DNA from: Lachnospiraceae bacterium | Lineage (GTDB): Bacteria > Bacillota > Clostridia > Lachnospirales > Lachnospiraceae | DNA: 38,909 nucleotides | Reading direction: 5' to 3' | Assembly (NCBI GenBank): GCA_017473445.1 | Contig: JAFUKS010000140.1 | Location: 1 to 38,909 of the forward strand | Shown: piece by piece, positions 29,345 to 38,909 of the stretch | Position numbering within the stretch: the stretch's first letter is position 1 | How the letters are laid out: every line of letters begins with the position of its first letter | The notes under the pieces: model-generated | Databases searched by the model: none | Seen by the model: only the letters and a program-made list of their open reading frames with translations | Told to the model about the DNA's origin: nothing | Program-made: the position numbers and the translations under genes

Positions 29345-30634
29345 CTATACATCATTGTCTGTATTGCTCATTACCGGCACCGGCTCCAGCTCCAGCTCTT
29401 TGGTAAGACCTTCCCGGGCCAGCATGGTTTGTAATACCTGTGCATCCGTGGTCACATCAAAAATGCTATCCTGAAACAAGCTGTTTAACAGCTGTTCAAA
29501 TGCCATATTGATACTATCCAATGTCTTCTCAATCTCTGCCATGGCAGAAATTACTTCTGTACCGGGAGCACTGATGCTGTCATAATCCCGATAAGCCTCT
29601 ACCAGCTTCAGGGTAGTGGGAAGATAATACTCCATGACCTTTTTCATACGATGCATCTGATCCGGCTCTTTCTCTACCCGGGCAAAAATCTCTTTCAAAA
29701 TATTTTCCAACTGATAAAGCTTGTTGGAAATCACTTCTCCCTCAATCACATCATTCAGCTCACGCAGTTTTTTGATATATTCGTGGCCCTCATTAACCAT
29801 GGTCTGAAGCTCTGCCTGCTGCTTACTGCGTGCTTCATTGACCAACTGGGAAGGAGTCTTGGACTCCTGGGGCTTCACAGCCGCTGCTGCCTGCTCTGTA
29901 CGGGCCTGCTGGGACTTCAAATACTGCTGGAATACAATGTCATTGAGCATTAGGGTGGTAGCCTTCAAATCCACCCGGGCGGTAGGAAGAATTCCCTTCC
30001 GAAGAATCTTCTTAATATCCTTACGCACCTGGCGAACGCTCTCACCGGTTCCCGCTGCCAGCTCCTCCATAGTAGCATAAAGCTTATTGCCGCAAAGTCT
30101 CACATAACGCTTGGCTCTGGTAATCATACTCACATCCTTGGCTCCTGCCACAATCATTGCGATTGCCAGAAACAGAAGGAGTCCCCATACCGGCACACTT
30201 CCCAGCACACCTACACTGGCCAATATAAAAAACACCAAAAAGGGAACCAATGCACAGGACCCTAATACAATGCCTGTAATACCCCAGCCCAATCCAACGT
30301 TTTTCACAGGTACCGTAAGGGTATTGCGGGCTACAGCCTGACGAGCCTGGGCTGCATTACGCATGGCCTGTCGGCTCTGCTGCTGTGCCTGCAATCTTGC
30401 CATCCGCTGCTGACTCCAATATTCGGGAGAATAATTGGAAGTGTGCTTCTGGTTCTTCCAAGCCTCCTTTTGTTGCCAAGCCTTACCGGTGGTAATACCC
30501 GCATCATTGAGTGCGGAGGTCACTGTATCCGATATCATATTATTTAAATTTTTAAAATCACCTGTCACCAGGGCCTCACTGAGTGCGCCCTTAATCTGGT
30601 CTCCCAGATTGTTCAGATTCTGGTTATTACTCAT
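29345..30634 (-). CDS. XpaC-like 5-bromo-4-chloroindolyl phosphate hydrolysis family membrane protein
   Basis: Two TM helices, YYLPTTLKLVEAY and DV.TDAQVL..ML..EGL motifs; directly upstream of telA. Confidence 0.82.
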   Translation of the reverse strand: MSNNQNLNNLGDQIKGALSEALVTGDFKNLNNMISDTVTSALNDAGITTGKAWQQKEAWKNQKHTSNYSPEYWSQQRMARLQAQQQSRQAMRNAAQARQAVARNTLTVPVKNVGLGWGITGIVLGSCALVPFLVFFILASVGVLGSVPVWGLLLFLAIAMIVAGAKDVSMITRAKRYVRLCGNKLYATMEELAAGTGESVRQVRKDIKKILRKGILPTARVDLKATTLMLNDIVFQQYLKSQQARTEQAAAAVKPQESKTPSQLVNEARSKQQAELQTMVNEGHEYIKKLRELNDVIEGEVISNKLYQLENILKEIFARVEKEPDQMHRMKKVMEYYLPTTLKLVEAYRDYDSISAPGTEVISAMAEIEKTLDSINMAFEQLLNSLFQDSIFDVTTDAQVLQTMLAREGLTKELELEPVPVMSNTDNDV

Positions 30635-30693
30635 GCCAAAACCTTGCCTTCCTCTCTGCAAAGACTAATACGCCTATTTTGCACTTACTAATT

Positions 30694-30722
30694 AGTGTAT
30701 CACGGGATTAGGACAATCGCAA
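30694..30722 (-). promoter_or_regulatory. sigmaA promoter of xpaC-telA
   Basis: TTGCGA-N17-TACACT with TGn extension. Confidence 0.65.
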
Positions 30723-30933
30723 GGGGAAAGTATTGCGGAAAGGGTCATATCGTAGTAGTATTTATATCCTACACGGACACGCTTTCGCTCTCTATCGCCG
30801 GCAACGATACTAAGCGAGGCGTGTGGACTGGTCAATGAGCGAAAGGAATTGAAAGCAGAATCTTCCATATGCTTAAGTCATCCAACATAGAATCACTATA
30901 AGGCAGAAATCCATCACATCTGAATACAAGAAC

Positions 30934-30994
30934 GGCTATCCCCACAAATGATATATGTCCGGGATTCCGGGTACATATCAATAAAGGGATAGCC
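30934..30994. terminator. Long hairpin downstream of uppP
   Basis: GGCTATCCC/GGGATAGCC outer stem, TGATAT...CCGG/CCGG...ATATCA inner stem; weak U tail. Confidence 0.55.
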
Positions 30995-31030
30995 ATTTAT
31001 ATTATCTACGAAAAAACTTCCAGCCGGGTA

Positions 31031-31882
31031 TTACTTAATCACAAAGAAATACAACAGCACTACAATACCCAGCACAATACGGTACCAGCCGAAGACCTTA
31101 AAGTCGTGCTTCTTGATATAGCCCATCAGGAAACGCAGGACGAACAGGGATACCAGGAAGGATACCAGCACACCGATAAGTAGTAAGGTCAGCTCCAGGC
31201 CGGTGAAATCAAAGCCGAATTTCACGATTTTCAACAGACTGGCGCCAAACATTACGGGTATGGCCAGGAAAAAGGTAAATTCTGCTGCAACCGTACGGGA
31301 TACACCGATAATCAGTGCACCTACAATGGTAGCACCGGAGCGGGAGGTACCCGGGAATACCGCTGCAATCAACTGGAAGATACCAATTAACAAAGCAGTG
31401 GTATAGGTGATCTCTGTAAGGGTATTCACCTTAGCGGAACGACCCTTGTTCCAATTCTCCACCACAATGAACGCCACACCAAATAGAATCAAAGCCAGTG
31501 CTACGCAAACAGGATTATAAAACAAAGCATCAAACACATCATCAAAAAGTACGCCGATGACTGCTGCGGGTACGCAGGCCACCAATATCTTGAACCACAG
31601 GGTCAAAATATCCATCTTAATAAAGGACATCAGACCTGTTTGACCTCCACGCTCAGCCTTGGTCAGTGCAAAGGGCCAAATCTAGCTCCAAAACAATACC
31701 ACCACTGCCAGGATAGCCCCCAGCTGTATCACCACATCAAACATATCAAAAAAACCTGCACTGGTACCACTGAAAGGAAGCAATTCTTCTACCAGAATCA
31801 GATGTCCGGTACTACTCACGGGTAGCCACTCTGTAATTCCTTCCACAATACCATAAATAATCGCCTTCAAAATCTCCAGCAT
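31031..31882 (-). pseudogene. uppP: Undecaprenyl-diphosphatase UppP/BacA interrupted by an in-frame TAG at codon 67 (31682-31684)
   Basis: [17 protein letters not shown] and IQLGAILAV before the stop, PGTSRSG after it. Both halves are in one frame: FWS*IWPFALTKAERGGQTGLMSFIK. Confidence 0.88.
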
Positions 31883-31899
31883 AGTATAATCTCCTTTAC

Positions 31900-31931
31900 A
31901 AAAAGGCCCGGTCACCGCAGTGGCCGGGCCT
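31900..31931 (-). terminator. Intrinsic terminator just upstream of the uppP RBS
   Basis: AGGCCCGGCCAC-TGCG-GTGACCGGGCC followed by TTTTT. Confidence 0.75.
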
Positions 31932-31975
31932 GCTTCTCTACTTCACATACTACTCCAAAGTAGGAAAAAATACAA

Positions 31976-32824
31976 CTAACTTTCCAGATAAGCTTTCAAT
32001 TCTTCGTAGCAATTCTCTGCATCGCGATAGCCTTCCTCATAAAGAGCCATCAGCTTATCCCTATTTTTTTCAATACGACCTACATCGCTGGCCTTTTTCG
32101 GACGAATGACAAATGCCTTACCGGCCTCCTGCATCCTCTCCACATAAGCCATGGTCTCATTGTAATCCGTATGTCTGCTTGCCATAAGCTCATGAACCTT
32201 AGGATATTTCAGGTAACGAAGCTTAAACAATGCGGTACTGCCGGAAGGCTTTCGCACATAGCCCTCTTCCTTGGTAAGCACCACAATGTGCTTTCGATTG
32301 CCGTCCACCACGGAACGACGCAAGGGAATGGGATCTGCAATGCCGCCGTCCAGATACAGCTTGTCACCGATTCGTACATTACGGGACACCAAGGGCAGAG
32401 AAGCAGATGCCTGCACTGCCACAATATCCTTCCTCATATCCTTCAGACGCAGGTACTCCGCCCTGCCGGTCTCTATATTGGTCACTACACTGTAAGCCTT
32501 ACCTTCATAACGCTCAAAGGCTTCATAATCATAGGGATGTAAATACTCCGGTATCATATAATAGCAGGTATCCGCATTGAACAAATCACCGGTGGTGAGT
32601 AAGCTCTCCACACTGCAATACTTTTTGGTGTCCAGATAGTCAATATTGATGTCCAGTGCCCTTCCCCGCTGACGGGAAATATAACTACACATATGACATG
32701 CACCGGCAGATACGCCGTATACACGGGAAAACATCAAATCCTTATCCAAGAAAAAATCCAATACTCCGGCGGTATACACACCCTTCATGCCGCCGCCCTC
32801 TAACACTAATCCTGCCTGATACAT
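31976..32824 (-). CDS. Patatin-like phospholipase
   Basis: LEGGGMKG, GVSAG, ASASLP and DGG motifs; start at MYQAG. Confidence 0.9.
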   Translation of the reverse strand: MYQAGLVLEGGGMKGVYTAGVLDFFLDKDLMFSRVYGVSAGACHMCSYISRQRGRALDINIDYLDTKKYCSVESLLTTGDLFNADTCYYMIPEYLHPYDYEAFERYEGKAYSVVTNIETGRAEYLRLKDMRKDIVAVQASASLPLVSRNVRIGDKLYLDGGIADPIPLRRSVVDGNRKHIVVLTKEEGYVRKPSGSTALFKLRYLKYPKVHELMASRHTDYNETMAYVERMQEAGKAFVIRPKKASDVGRIEKNRDKLMALYEEGYRDAENCYEELKAYLES

Positions 32825-32871
32825 ACTGTCTACTCCCTCTGTCGCCACATGGCGCATAATTACTTATTATA

Positions 32872-34368
32872 TTATTCAGCTGACCCAAACATCTTCGCAC
32901 AAGTCACTGCACGGTTCCAGCCGGATACACGTTTTGCTCTTTCCTCATCGCTCATCTGAGGTTCAAACTTCCGTCCACACTGCCAATGCTCACGGATTTC
33001 ATCCTTATTTTTCCAGTAGCCCACTGCCAAACCTGCCAGATACGCAGCACCCAAAGCAGAAATCTCCGTACACTGGGGGCGCTCCAGGTCCACACCTAAA
33101 ATATCCGCCTGGAACTGCATCAGGAAATCACTGACGCTGGCACCGCCGTCCACCTTCAGACTCTTTAATTCCACACCACTGTCTTCCTCCATGGCACGCA
33201 GAATATCTACAGTCTGATATGCAATGGCTTCCACGGATGCTCTAATAAAATGCTCCTTGGTACAGCCTCTGGTAATACCCACTACCATACCTCTTGCATC
33301 CTGATCCCAGTGAGGTGCACCCAAACCATTAAATGCAGGTACAAAATATACTCCTGTGGTATCCTTTACTCTGGTAGCGTAATCCTCGGACTGTCCCGCA
33401 GTGCGGATCATGCGCATACTGTCACGAAGCCACTGAATGGCAGCTCCACCTGCAAATACACTACCCTCCAAAGCGTACTCCACTTCATTAGGGCAGCTGG
33501 CTGCAATGGTGGTAATCAGACCGGACTTGGAGGTCTTTGCCTTACGTCCTGTGTTCATCAGCATAAAACAACCGGTACCATAGGTATTCTTTACTTCGCC
33601 CTCTTCAAAACAGCAGTGGCCAAACATAGCCGCCTGCTGGTCACCGACAGCAGATGCAATGGGAATCTCCGCACCCAGAATGGCAGGGTCCGTATAACCG
33701 AATACACATCTGGAAGCCTTTACTTCAGGTAAAATCTTTTCAGGAATACGGAACTTCTCTAACAGTTCAGGGTCCCAACGCAAATCATGAATATCAAACA
33801 ACATGGTACGGGATGCATTGGTATAGTCTGTAGCATGAATCTTGCCACCGGACAATTTCCACATGAGCCAGGTATCCACTGTACCAAAGAGTATCTCACC
33901 CTTCTGGGCACGTATACGTACATCAGGAATATTTTCCAAAATCCATACAATCTTGGAGGCACTAAAATATGCATCAGGTACCAGACCGGTCTTCTCACGG
34001 ATGACCCCAGCAAACTCATCTTCCTTCAGTTCATCCATTCTCTTGGCGGTACGTCTGCACTGCCATACAATTGCATTATAAACAGGTTCGCCGGTATTCT
34101 TGTCCCACATAATGGTAGTTTCTCTTTGATTTGAAATACCCAGTGCTGCAATCTGCTGTGCAGAAATACCGCCTACTGCCATAGCTTCCATAATCACTGC
34201 CAACTGGGAGGACCAAATCTCCATGGGATTATGCTCTACCCAACCGGGCTGGGGATAAAACTGGGTAAACTCCTTCTGTGCGGAAGAAACGATATTACCC
34301 TCCTTATCGAAAATCACACAACGGGAACTGGTGGTTCCCTGATCCAATGCCATGATGTACTTGTTCAT
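32872..34368 (-). CDS. glpK: Glycerol kinase
   Basis: [51 protein letters not shown]. Start is 34368 or 34380. Confidence 0.96.
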   Translation of the reverse strand: MNKYIMALDQGTTSSRCVIFDKEGNIVSSAQKEFTQFYPQPGWVEHNPMEIWSSQLAVIMEAMAVGGISAQQIAALGISNQRETTIMWDKNTGEPVYNAIVWQCRRTAKRMDELKEDEFAGVIREKTGLVPDAYFSASKIVWILENIPDVRIRAQKGEILFGTVDTWLMWKLSGGKIHATDYTNASRTMLFDIHDLRWDPELLEKFRIPEKILPEVKASRCVFGYTDPAILGAEIPIASAVGDQQAAMFGHCCFEEGEVKNTYGTGCFMLMNTGRKAKTSKSGLITTIAASCPNEVEYALEGSVFAGGAAIQWLRDSMRMIRTAGQSEDYATRVKDTTGVYFVPAFNGLGAPHWDQDARGMVVGITRGCTKEHFIRASVEAIAYQTVDILRAMEEDSGVELKSLKVDGGASVSDFLMQFQADILGVDLERPQCTEISALGAAYLAGLAVGYWKNKDEIREHWQCGRKFEPQMSDEERAKRVSGWNRAVTCAKMFGSAE

Positions 34369-34539
34369 AATTCTCGCCATCCTTTCTCTGTTGTCGTAAA
34401 ATACTTCTAGTAGTGGTACTATTTTACCACTATTTCCATAAAAAACCAATAGTTTTGGCACAAAAGATTAGAAAAATTTGACACACAAACAAATTTTATT
34501 TTATGCACAATAAATACCCATAACGTGCGGATATTCCCA

Positions 34540-34568
34540 TTGAACAAAAATATAAAGTTTAGTATAGT
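34540..34568 (+). promoter_or_regulatory. sigmaA promoter of hflKC
   Basis: TTGAAC-N17-TATAGT. Confidence 0.65.
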
Positions 34569-34622
34569 AGGTACAACGAAAGAACATTTTATACGCAAAG
34601 AGCAGAAGGGAGCGAAGTATTT

Positions 34623-35591
34623 ATGAGTAATGATTCCTTTCGTAACAGACAAAACGGATTTGAAACCATGACCGGCAAATCCATGAACAATTTTTCCGGC
34701 GGCAAGATTGCTGCCATCATAGTAGGTGTGATTATCGTATTATCACTGGTATTCGGAGCCACCTATCAGATTAGAGAACAGGAACAGGCAGTTCTGGTGA
34801 CCTTTGGTAAGGCACAGGCAGTGACCGAGCCCGGTCTGCATTTTAAAATTCCTTATATTCAAAGTGTAAAAAAGGTAAACACCACTATCCAGGGTTTCTC
34901 CATTGGATATGATATGGAATCCGATGTCAGCAACGATGAATCCATGATGATTACCTCCGATTACAACTTTGTAAACGTGGACTTCTTTGTGGAGTACCGT
35001 TACAGCGATCCGGTAAAAGCAGTATATGCTTCCAAGCAACCCGTGGATATTCTGAAAAATATCAGCCAAAGCTGCATCCGTGCAGTCATCGGCAGCTATG
35101 ATGTAGACAGTGTTTTGACCACCGGTAAAAACGAGATTCAGGCAGCAATTAAGGAAATGATTATTGCAGAGTTGGAAGTACAGGATATCGGTGTACAGCT
35201 GGTGAATATCACCATTCAGGATTCCGAGCCCCCCACCACCGAGGTAATGGAAGCGTTCAAAGCAGTGGAAACTGCAAAGCAGGGCAAAGAAACCGCTATT
35301 AACAATGCTAATAAGTACAGAAATGAGCAGATTCCCTCCGCTCAGGCAAAAGCTGACGGTATCGTAAAGGATGCAGAGGCCCAAAAAACCGAGCGTATCA
35401 ATGAAGCAACTGCTCAGGTGGCACGTTTCAATGCAATGTACGAAGAATACATCAAGAATCCCACCATTACCAAGGAGCGTATGTTCTACGAGACCATGGA
35501 AGAGATTATGCCCGACTTAAAGGTCATCATCGAGAGTCCTGATGGCAATGTGCAATCCTTCTACCCGGTAGAATCCTTTACAGCTCAATAG
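34623..35591 (+). CDS. hflK: FtsH modulator HflK (SPFH)
   Basis: TM helix, PGLHFKIP, MITSD.N.V, P.IT.ERM.YETME. Confidence 0.9.
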   Translation: MSNDSFRNRQNGFETMTGKSMNNFSGGKIAAIIVGVIIVLSLVFGATYQIREQEQAVLVTFGKAQAVTEPGLHFKIPYIQSVKKVNTTIQGFSIGYDMESDVSNDESMMITSDYNFVNVDFFVEYRYSDPVKAVYASKQPVDILKNISQSCIRAVIGSYDVDSVLTTGKNEIQAAIKEMIIAELEVQDIGVQLVNITIQDSEPPTTEVMEAFKAVETAKQGKETAINNANKYRNEQIPSAQAKADGIVKDAEAQKTERINEATAQVARFNAMYEEYIKNPTITKERMFYETMEEIMPDLKVIIESPDGNVQSFYPVESFTAQ

Positions 35592-35642
35592 AGTATTATC
35601 TCCGACAATTAACTTGATTTGTACAGATTGGAGCATTAAATT

Positions 35643-36515
35643 ATGAAGAAAACAATTAGAAATGTGGTATTAATCGTGGTACTGTTTGTAGCCGTGATTG
35701 TGGGTTCTTCCAGTATCGTAATTACAAATGAAAATCAATATAGCCTGGTTCGCCAGTTCGGTAGAATCGACCATGTGGTATCCGAAGCCGGTGTCAGCTT
35801 CAAGGTTCCTTTTATCCAGAGTGTAGATACTCTTCCTAAAATGACCCTGTTATATGACTTGTCCGCATCCGATGTTATCACCAGTGACAAGAAAACCATG
35901 ATTTGTGACAGCTACGTGCTGTGGCAGATTACAGACCCGCTGAAATTTGCCCAGACCCTGAACTGCTCCATCACCAATGCGGAGACCCGTCTGGACACCA
36001 TCGTGTACAACTCTACCAAAAACATTATCAGTAGTATCACCCAGGAGGAGGTTATCTCCGGCCGTGACGGTGAGTTATCCGCTGCCATCATCAACAATAT
36101 CGGCAATACTCTGGACCAGTACGGTATTAAGTTGCTGGCTTTTGAAACCAAGCAATTAGACCTGCCCAGCGACAACAAGGCTGCTGTATATGAGCGTATG
36201 ATTTCCGAGCGTGATAACATAGCCGCTACCTTTACCGCAGAGGGTAGCTCCGAGGCTCAGAAAATTAAGAACACCACCGATATGGAGGTAACCGTAATGC
36301 TTTCTGAAGCAGAAAAAGATGCTGCCATCCTTATCGCAGAGGGCGAAGCTGAGTACATGAAGATTTTGTCCGAGGCTTACGCAGACGAATCCAAGCAGGA
36401 TTTCTACTCCTTTGTAAGAAGTTTGGATGCATTAAAAATCTCCATGGAGGGCGAGAACAAGACCGTGTTCCTGTCTCCCGATTCCCCCATTGCCCAGATT
36501 TTCTACGGCAAATAA
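35643..36515 (+). CDS. hflC: FtsH modulator HflC (SPFH)
   Basis: ITSDKK, DLP.DN..AVYERM.SER, FYSFVRSL.A motifs; follows hflK. Confidence 0.9.
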   Translation: MKKTIRNVVLIVVLFVAVIVGSSSIVITNENQYSLVRQFGRIDHVVSEAGVSFKVPFIQSVDTLPKMTLLYDLSASDVITSDKKTMICDSYVLWQITDPLKFAQTLNCSITNAETRLDTIVYNSTKNIISSITQEEVISGRDGELSAAIINNIGNTLDQYGIKLLAFETKQLDLPSDNKAAVYERMISERDNIAATFTAEGSSEAQKIKNTTDMEVTVMLSEAEKDAAILIAEGEAEYMKILSEAYADESKQDFYSFVRSLDALKISMEGENKTVFLSPDSPIAQIFYGK

Positions 36516-36531
36516 GTATGTAATGTATGAG

Positions 36532-36619
36532 GAGGGTGTCCCAAAACACAATTTCAGAGACACAAAGAGAGGATGCCCCTCCCTATGACGTTAATCATTC
36601 ATAGTTTTGGGACACCCTC
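36532..36619. repeat. 88-bp element with perfect 16-bp inverted repeats (MITE/REP-like)
   Basis: GAGGGTGTCCCAAAAC (36532-36547) / GTTTTGGGACACCCTC (36604-36619). Confidence 0.75.
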
Positions 36620-36647
36620 ATCCTCCCTTTTAAGGGGTCTTTTTAAT

Positions 36648-38909
36648 TTATTCCCTAGATTTAATTGCTACAATCGTTGACGTATTTGCTACTTTTCGGA
36701 CTTCTAATCTCGTTACTAAAATACATACTATACAGCAAAATATAGACAAGGCTAATAAAATCTTTCCTGCACTGGCTGTTCCTATACATACATCGGAAAA
36801 CATTACTGATAACGCGCAAAAAATAATATACAAAACTCCTCCTGCCATACATGACGCTGCACCCACTAAATATATTTCAAAAGAAAGTATTTTTCTAATT
36901 TCTTTTTTTTCTAATCCCAAGGAACTTAATATACCCATTTCATATAGTCGTCCTGAAACAGCAATTTTGCTATATGAGTGCATTAAAACAACCAGCAACA
37001 ACGTGATAATGATTAACGCTATCGCAAACATCATTTTCCATATTCCGGTTGTAGAAACAGCGTTTTCAAATCGCTCTTCATAATTTGATACGTAAGCATA
37101 TTGGGCTGCCAGCTCACTATCATTAAATGACTGCACAATTTGCATGTTCTTACAATAACATTCTATTTTGCTGGGAAGAACTGCCGAAACCTCTTGTGTC
37201 CAGTCATCATCCAACACCACTTCATAAGATGCTCCGCTATGAATGCCTACTATCCTACACTTGTATGCCCTATTTGCACTTATATAATATTCCTGTGCCA
37301 AAACTTCATCTAATTTGTCTTTTATACACGGGTCTGCATTCTTAACATTTTCAAATGTAAAATCTACGTATTCTCCAGTCATTGAATAGTAAATATTGCG
37401 TACCATATCTGTACTAACTACAATTTGATTAGATAGGGGGGAGGTGCCATAGATAATGTCCCCATCTGTTTCTGCTACAACAAATCCTGATGCATCCTCA
37501 CTATACATTATCTTGGATAAATCTTCTACGTTTGATGCTAAATAAATAGATGCAAACAGATTCTCATACGTAGAGGCGGATATAGATTCACCTACAATAT
37601 ACGTGAAATATATTCCATCCACATTTTTCTCTTGGTTAACTCCTACAATATCATAAGTCTTACTGATTCCAAAATCACTTGTTATGGTTATTGTCTTTCC
37701 TATTGCTTCACCATCATAATATTTCTCCGCCATGTCTTTTGCTAAAATAATCTGATACTGACTTTGAGGAAACGAACCAATTACTGCATCTGTCATTAGT
37801 CGTTCATAAAAGAAATCCGTTAAGCTTATCAGCTTAACATTTATATGATCTTCTGTATTTTTCACAAAATAGTCAATATCATAAACAGGCACAACTCCTT
37901 CAAACAAAGGAGAAGACATGACATCCAGATACAATTCATCCGGAATGGAAGAATAGTCCCCACCCATAATAATTGATTCAACTGTTTTTATCCCCAAAGG
38001 ATAAGGATAAAATGTTATCATATCCGCATCATAATAGACCGTATTCATTTCCTTCATTTCTACACTCATATCCATATTCATCGAACACACAATTCCCACA
38101 GTGGCAAATGCCACTGCCATTGCTAAAATGATAGAAATAAATTTTGCTTTATATCTACGTATATTGTTGAAGGTTAACGCTTTTACTATATTAAAATCAA
38201 GTCCTTTTCCTTTTCGTTTTTCCTTCTTGCTTCCAGTCCTCTCCCCTATTGTCCCAAGATAATTATTTACGTCATCTACTACTTCACCATCACTAATCCT
38301 AATGATTCTATCCCCGTATTTGTATGCCATTTCCTCGTTATGACTTACAACTATTACAATACGTTCAGATGAAAGAGTCTTTAACATATCAAAAACTTGT
38401 ATAGAATTCGTTCGGTCCAAACTTCCTGTAGGCTCGTCCGCCAAAAGTACAGATACATCTTTTATAACAGCACGAGCCATTGCTGCCCTTTGTCTCTCTC
38501 CTCCACTAAGACCGTCAACCTTTCTATCAGCACATTCCTGCAATCCAAAATAAGCAAGCGTACTCTCCAGTTCTTTTTCAGACCTTTTTACACCAGAAAT
38601 TTGTGTTGCCAACATTACATTTTCCTTAATTGTAAGCCCATTGATTAGATTCGAGTCCTGAAATACAAACCCTAAATAGTCCCTTTGATATCGCGAACAG
38701 CCGGTAATATGCTCTATTTCTTGTCCTATCTCAAATGACACTTCTCCGTCGGTTGGTGCATCCAAGCCTCCGATAATGTTAAGTAATGTACTTTTTCCCG
38801 CACCGGAATCTCCTATAATAAATGTTAATCCTGTACCAATTTCAAGGTTAATATCTCTTAGAATTACATTTTTTCCAATATCTTTCCGTAGTCCCTCAAT
38901 TTTAATAAC
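36648..38909 (-). CDS. Fused ABC ATPase/FtsX-type permease (MacB-like), 5' end beyond the window
   Basis: The frame stays open to the window end: VIKIEGLRKD...GDSGAGKSTLLN, LSGGERQR, LADEPTG.LD; C-terminal R..EMGIL.SLG permease motif. Confidence 0.88.
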   Translation of the reverse strand, partial: VIKIEGLRKDIGKNVILRDINLEIGTGLTFIIGDSGAGKSTLLNIIGGLDAPTDGEVSFEIGQEIEHITGCSRYQRDYLGFVFQDSNLINGLTIKENVMLATQISGVKRSEKELESTLAYFGLQECADRKVDGLSGGERQRAAMARAVIKDVSVLLADEPTGSLDRTNSIQVFDMLKTLSSERIVIVVSHNEEMAYKYGDRIIRISDGEVVDDVNNYLGTIGERTGSKKEKRKGKGLDFNIVKALTFNNIRRYKAKFISIILAMAVAFATVGIVCSMNMDMSVEMKEMNTVYYDADMITFYPYPLGIKTVESIIMGGDYSSIPDELYLDVMSSPLFEGVVPVYDIDYFVKNTEDHINVKLISLTDFFYERLMTDAVIGSFPQSQYQIILAKDMAEKYYDGEAIGKTITITSDFGISKTYDIVGVNQEKNVDGIYFTYIVGESISASTYENLFASIYLASNVEDLSKIMYSEDASGFVVAETDGDIIYGTSPLSNQIVVSTDMVRNIYYSMTGEYVDFTFENVKNADPCIKDKLDEVLAQEYYISANRAYKCRIVGIHSGASYEVVLDDDWTQEVSAVLPSKIECYCKNMQIVQSFNDSELAAQYAYVSNYEERFENAVSTTGIWKMMFAIALIIITLLLVVLMHSYSKIAVSGRLYEMGILSSLGLEKKEIRKILSFEIYLVGAASCMAGGVLYIIFCALSVMFSDVCIGTASAGKILLALSIFCCIVCILVTRLEVRKVANTSTIVAIKSRE

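Noticed and set aside
30725-31030. 6S RNA or tRNA
   Set aside because: No cloverleaf/TTCGA motif and no end-to-end rod with a central bubble was evident.
31682-31684. Genome-wide TAG recoding or pyrrolysine
   Set aside because: Several genes here end at TAG at their expected lengths and no pyl genes are in the window.

Overview
Chromosomal window from a low-GC Gram-positive anaerobe; gene content and RBS/sigmaA motifs suggest Lachnospiraceae-like Clostridia (inference). Left to right: (1) hrcA-grpE-dnaK' heat-shock operon with a perfect CIRCE; (2) a structured non-coding element plus an 8x23-bp tandem array; (3) a NUDIX-GNAT-monooxygenase-HD operon split by a complete 1.8-kb IS; (4) an AgrA/AgrC-like LytTR/GHKL pair followed by an unannotated ~275-nt transcription unit with LytTR-type boxes, a 14-aa ORF and repeated AGGG-loop hairpins; (5) a GH2 beta-galactosidase; (6) a ~9.3-kb AT-richer peptide cluster with a LytTR regulator, DUF4177-like protein, S41 peptidase, three double-glycine-leader peptides, HlyD-like protein, C39-peptidase ABC exporter and a divergent GHKL kinase, controlled by three copies of one 47-bp promoter/operator block; (7) a TPP-riboswitch thiamine operon; (8) xpaC-telA, uppP with an in-frame amber codon, patatin and glpK; (9) hflKC; (10) a truncated MacB-like ABC transporter. 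The best candidates for undescribed biology are (4) and (6). All calls come from motif reading by eye; no database searches were run.
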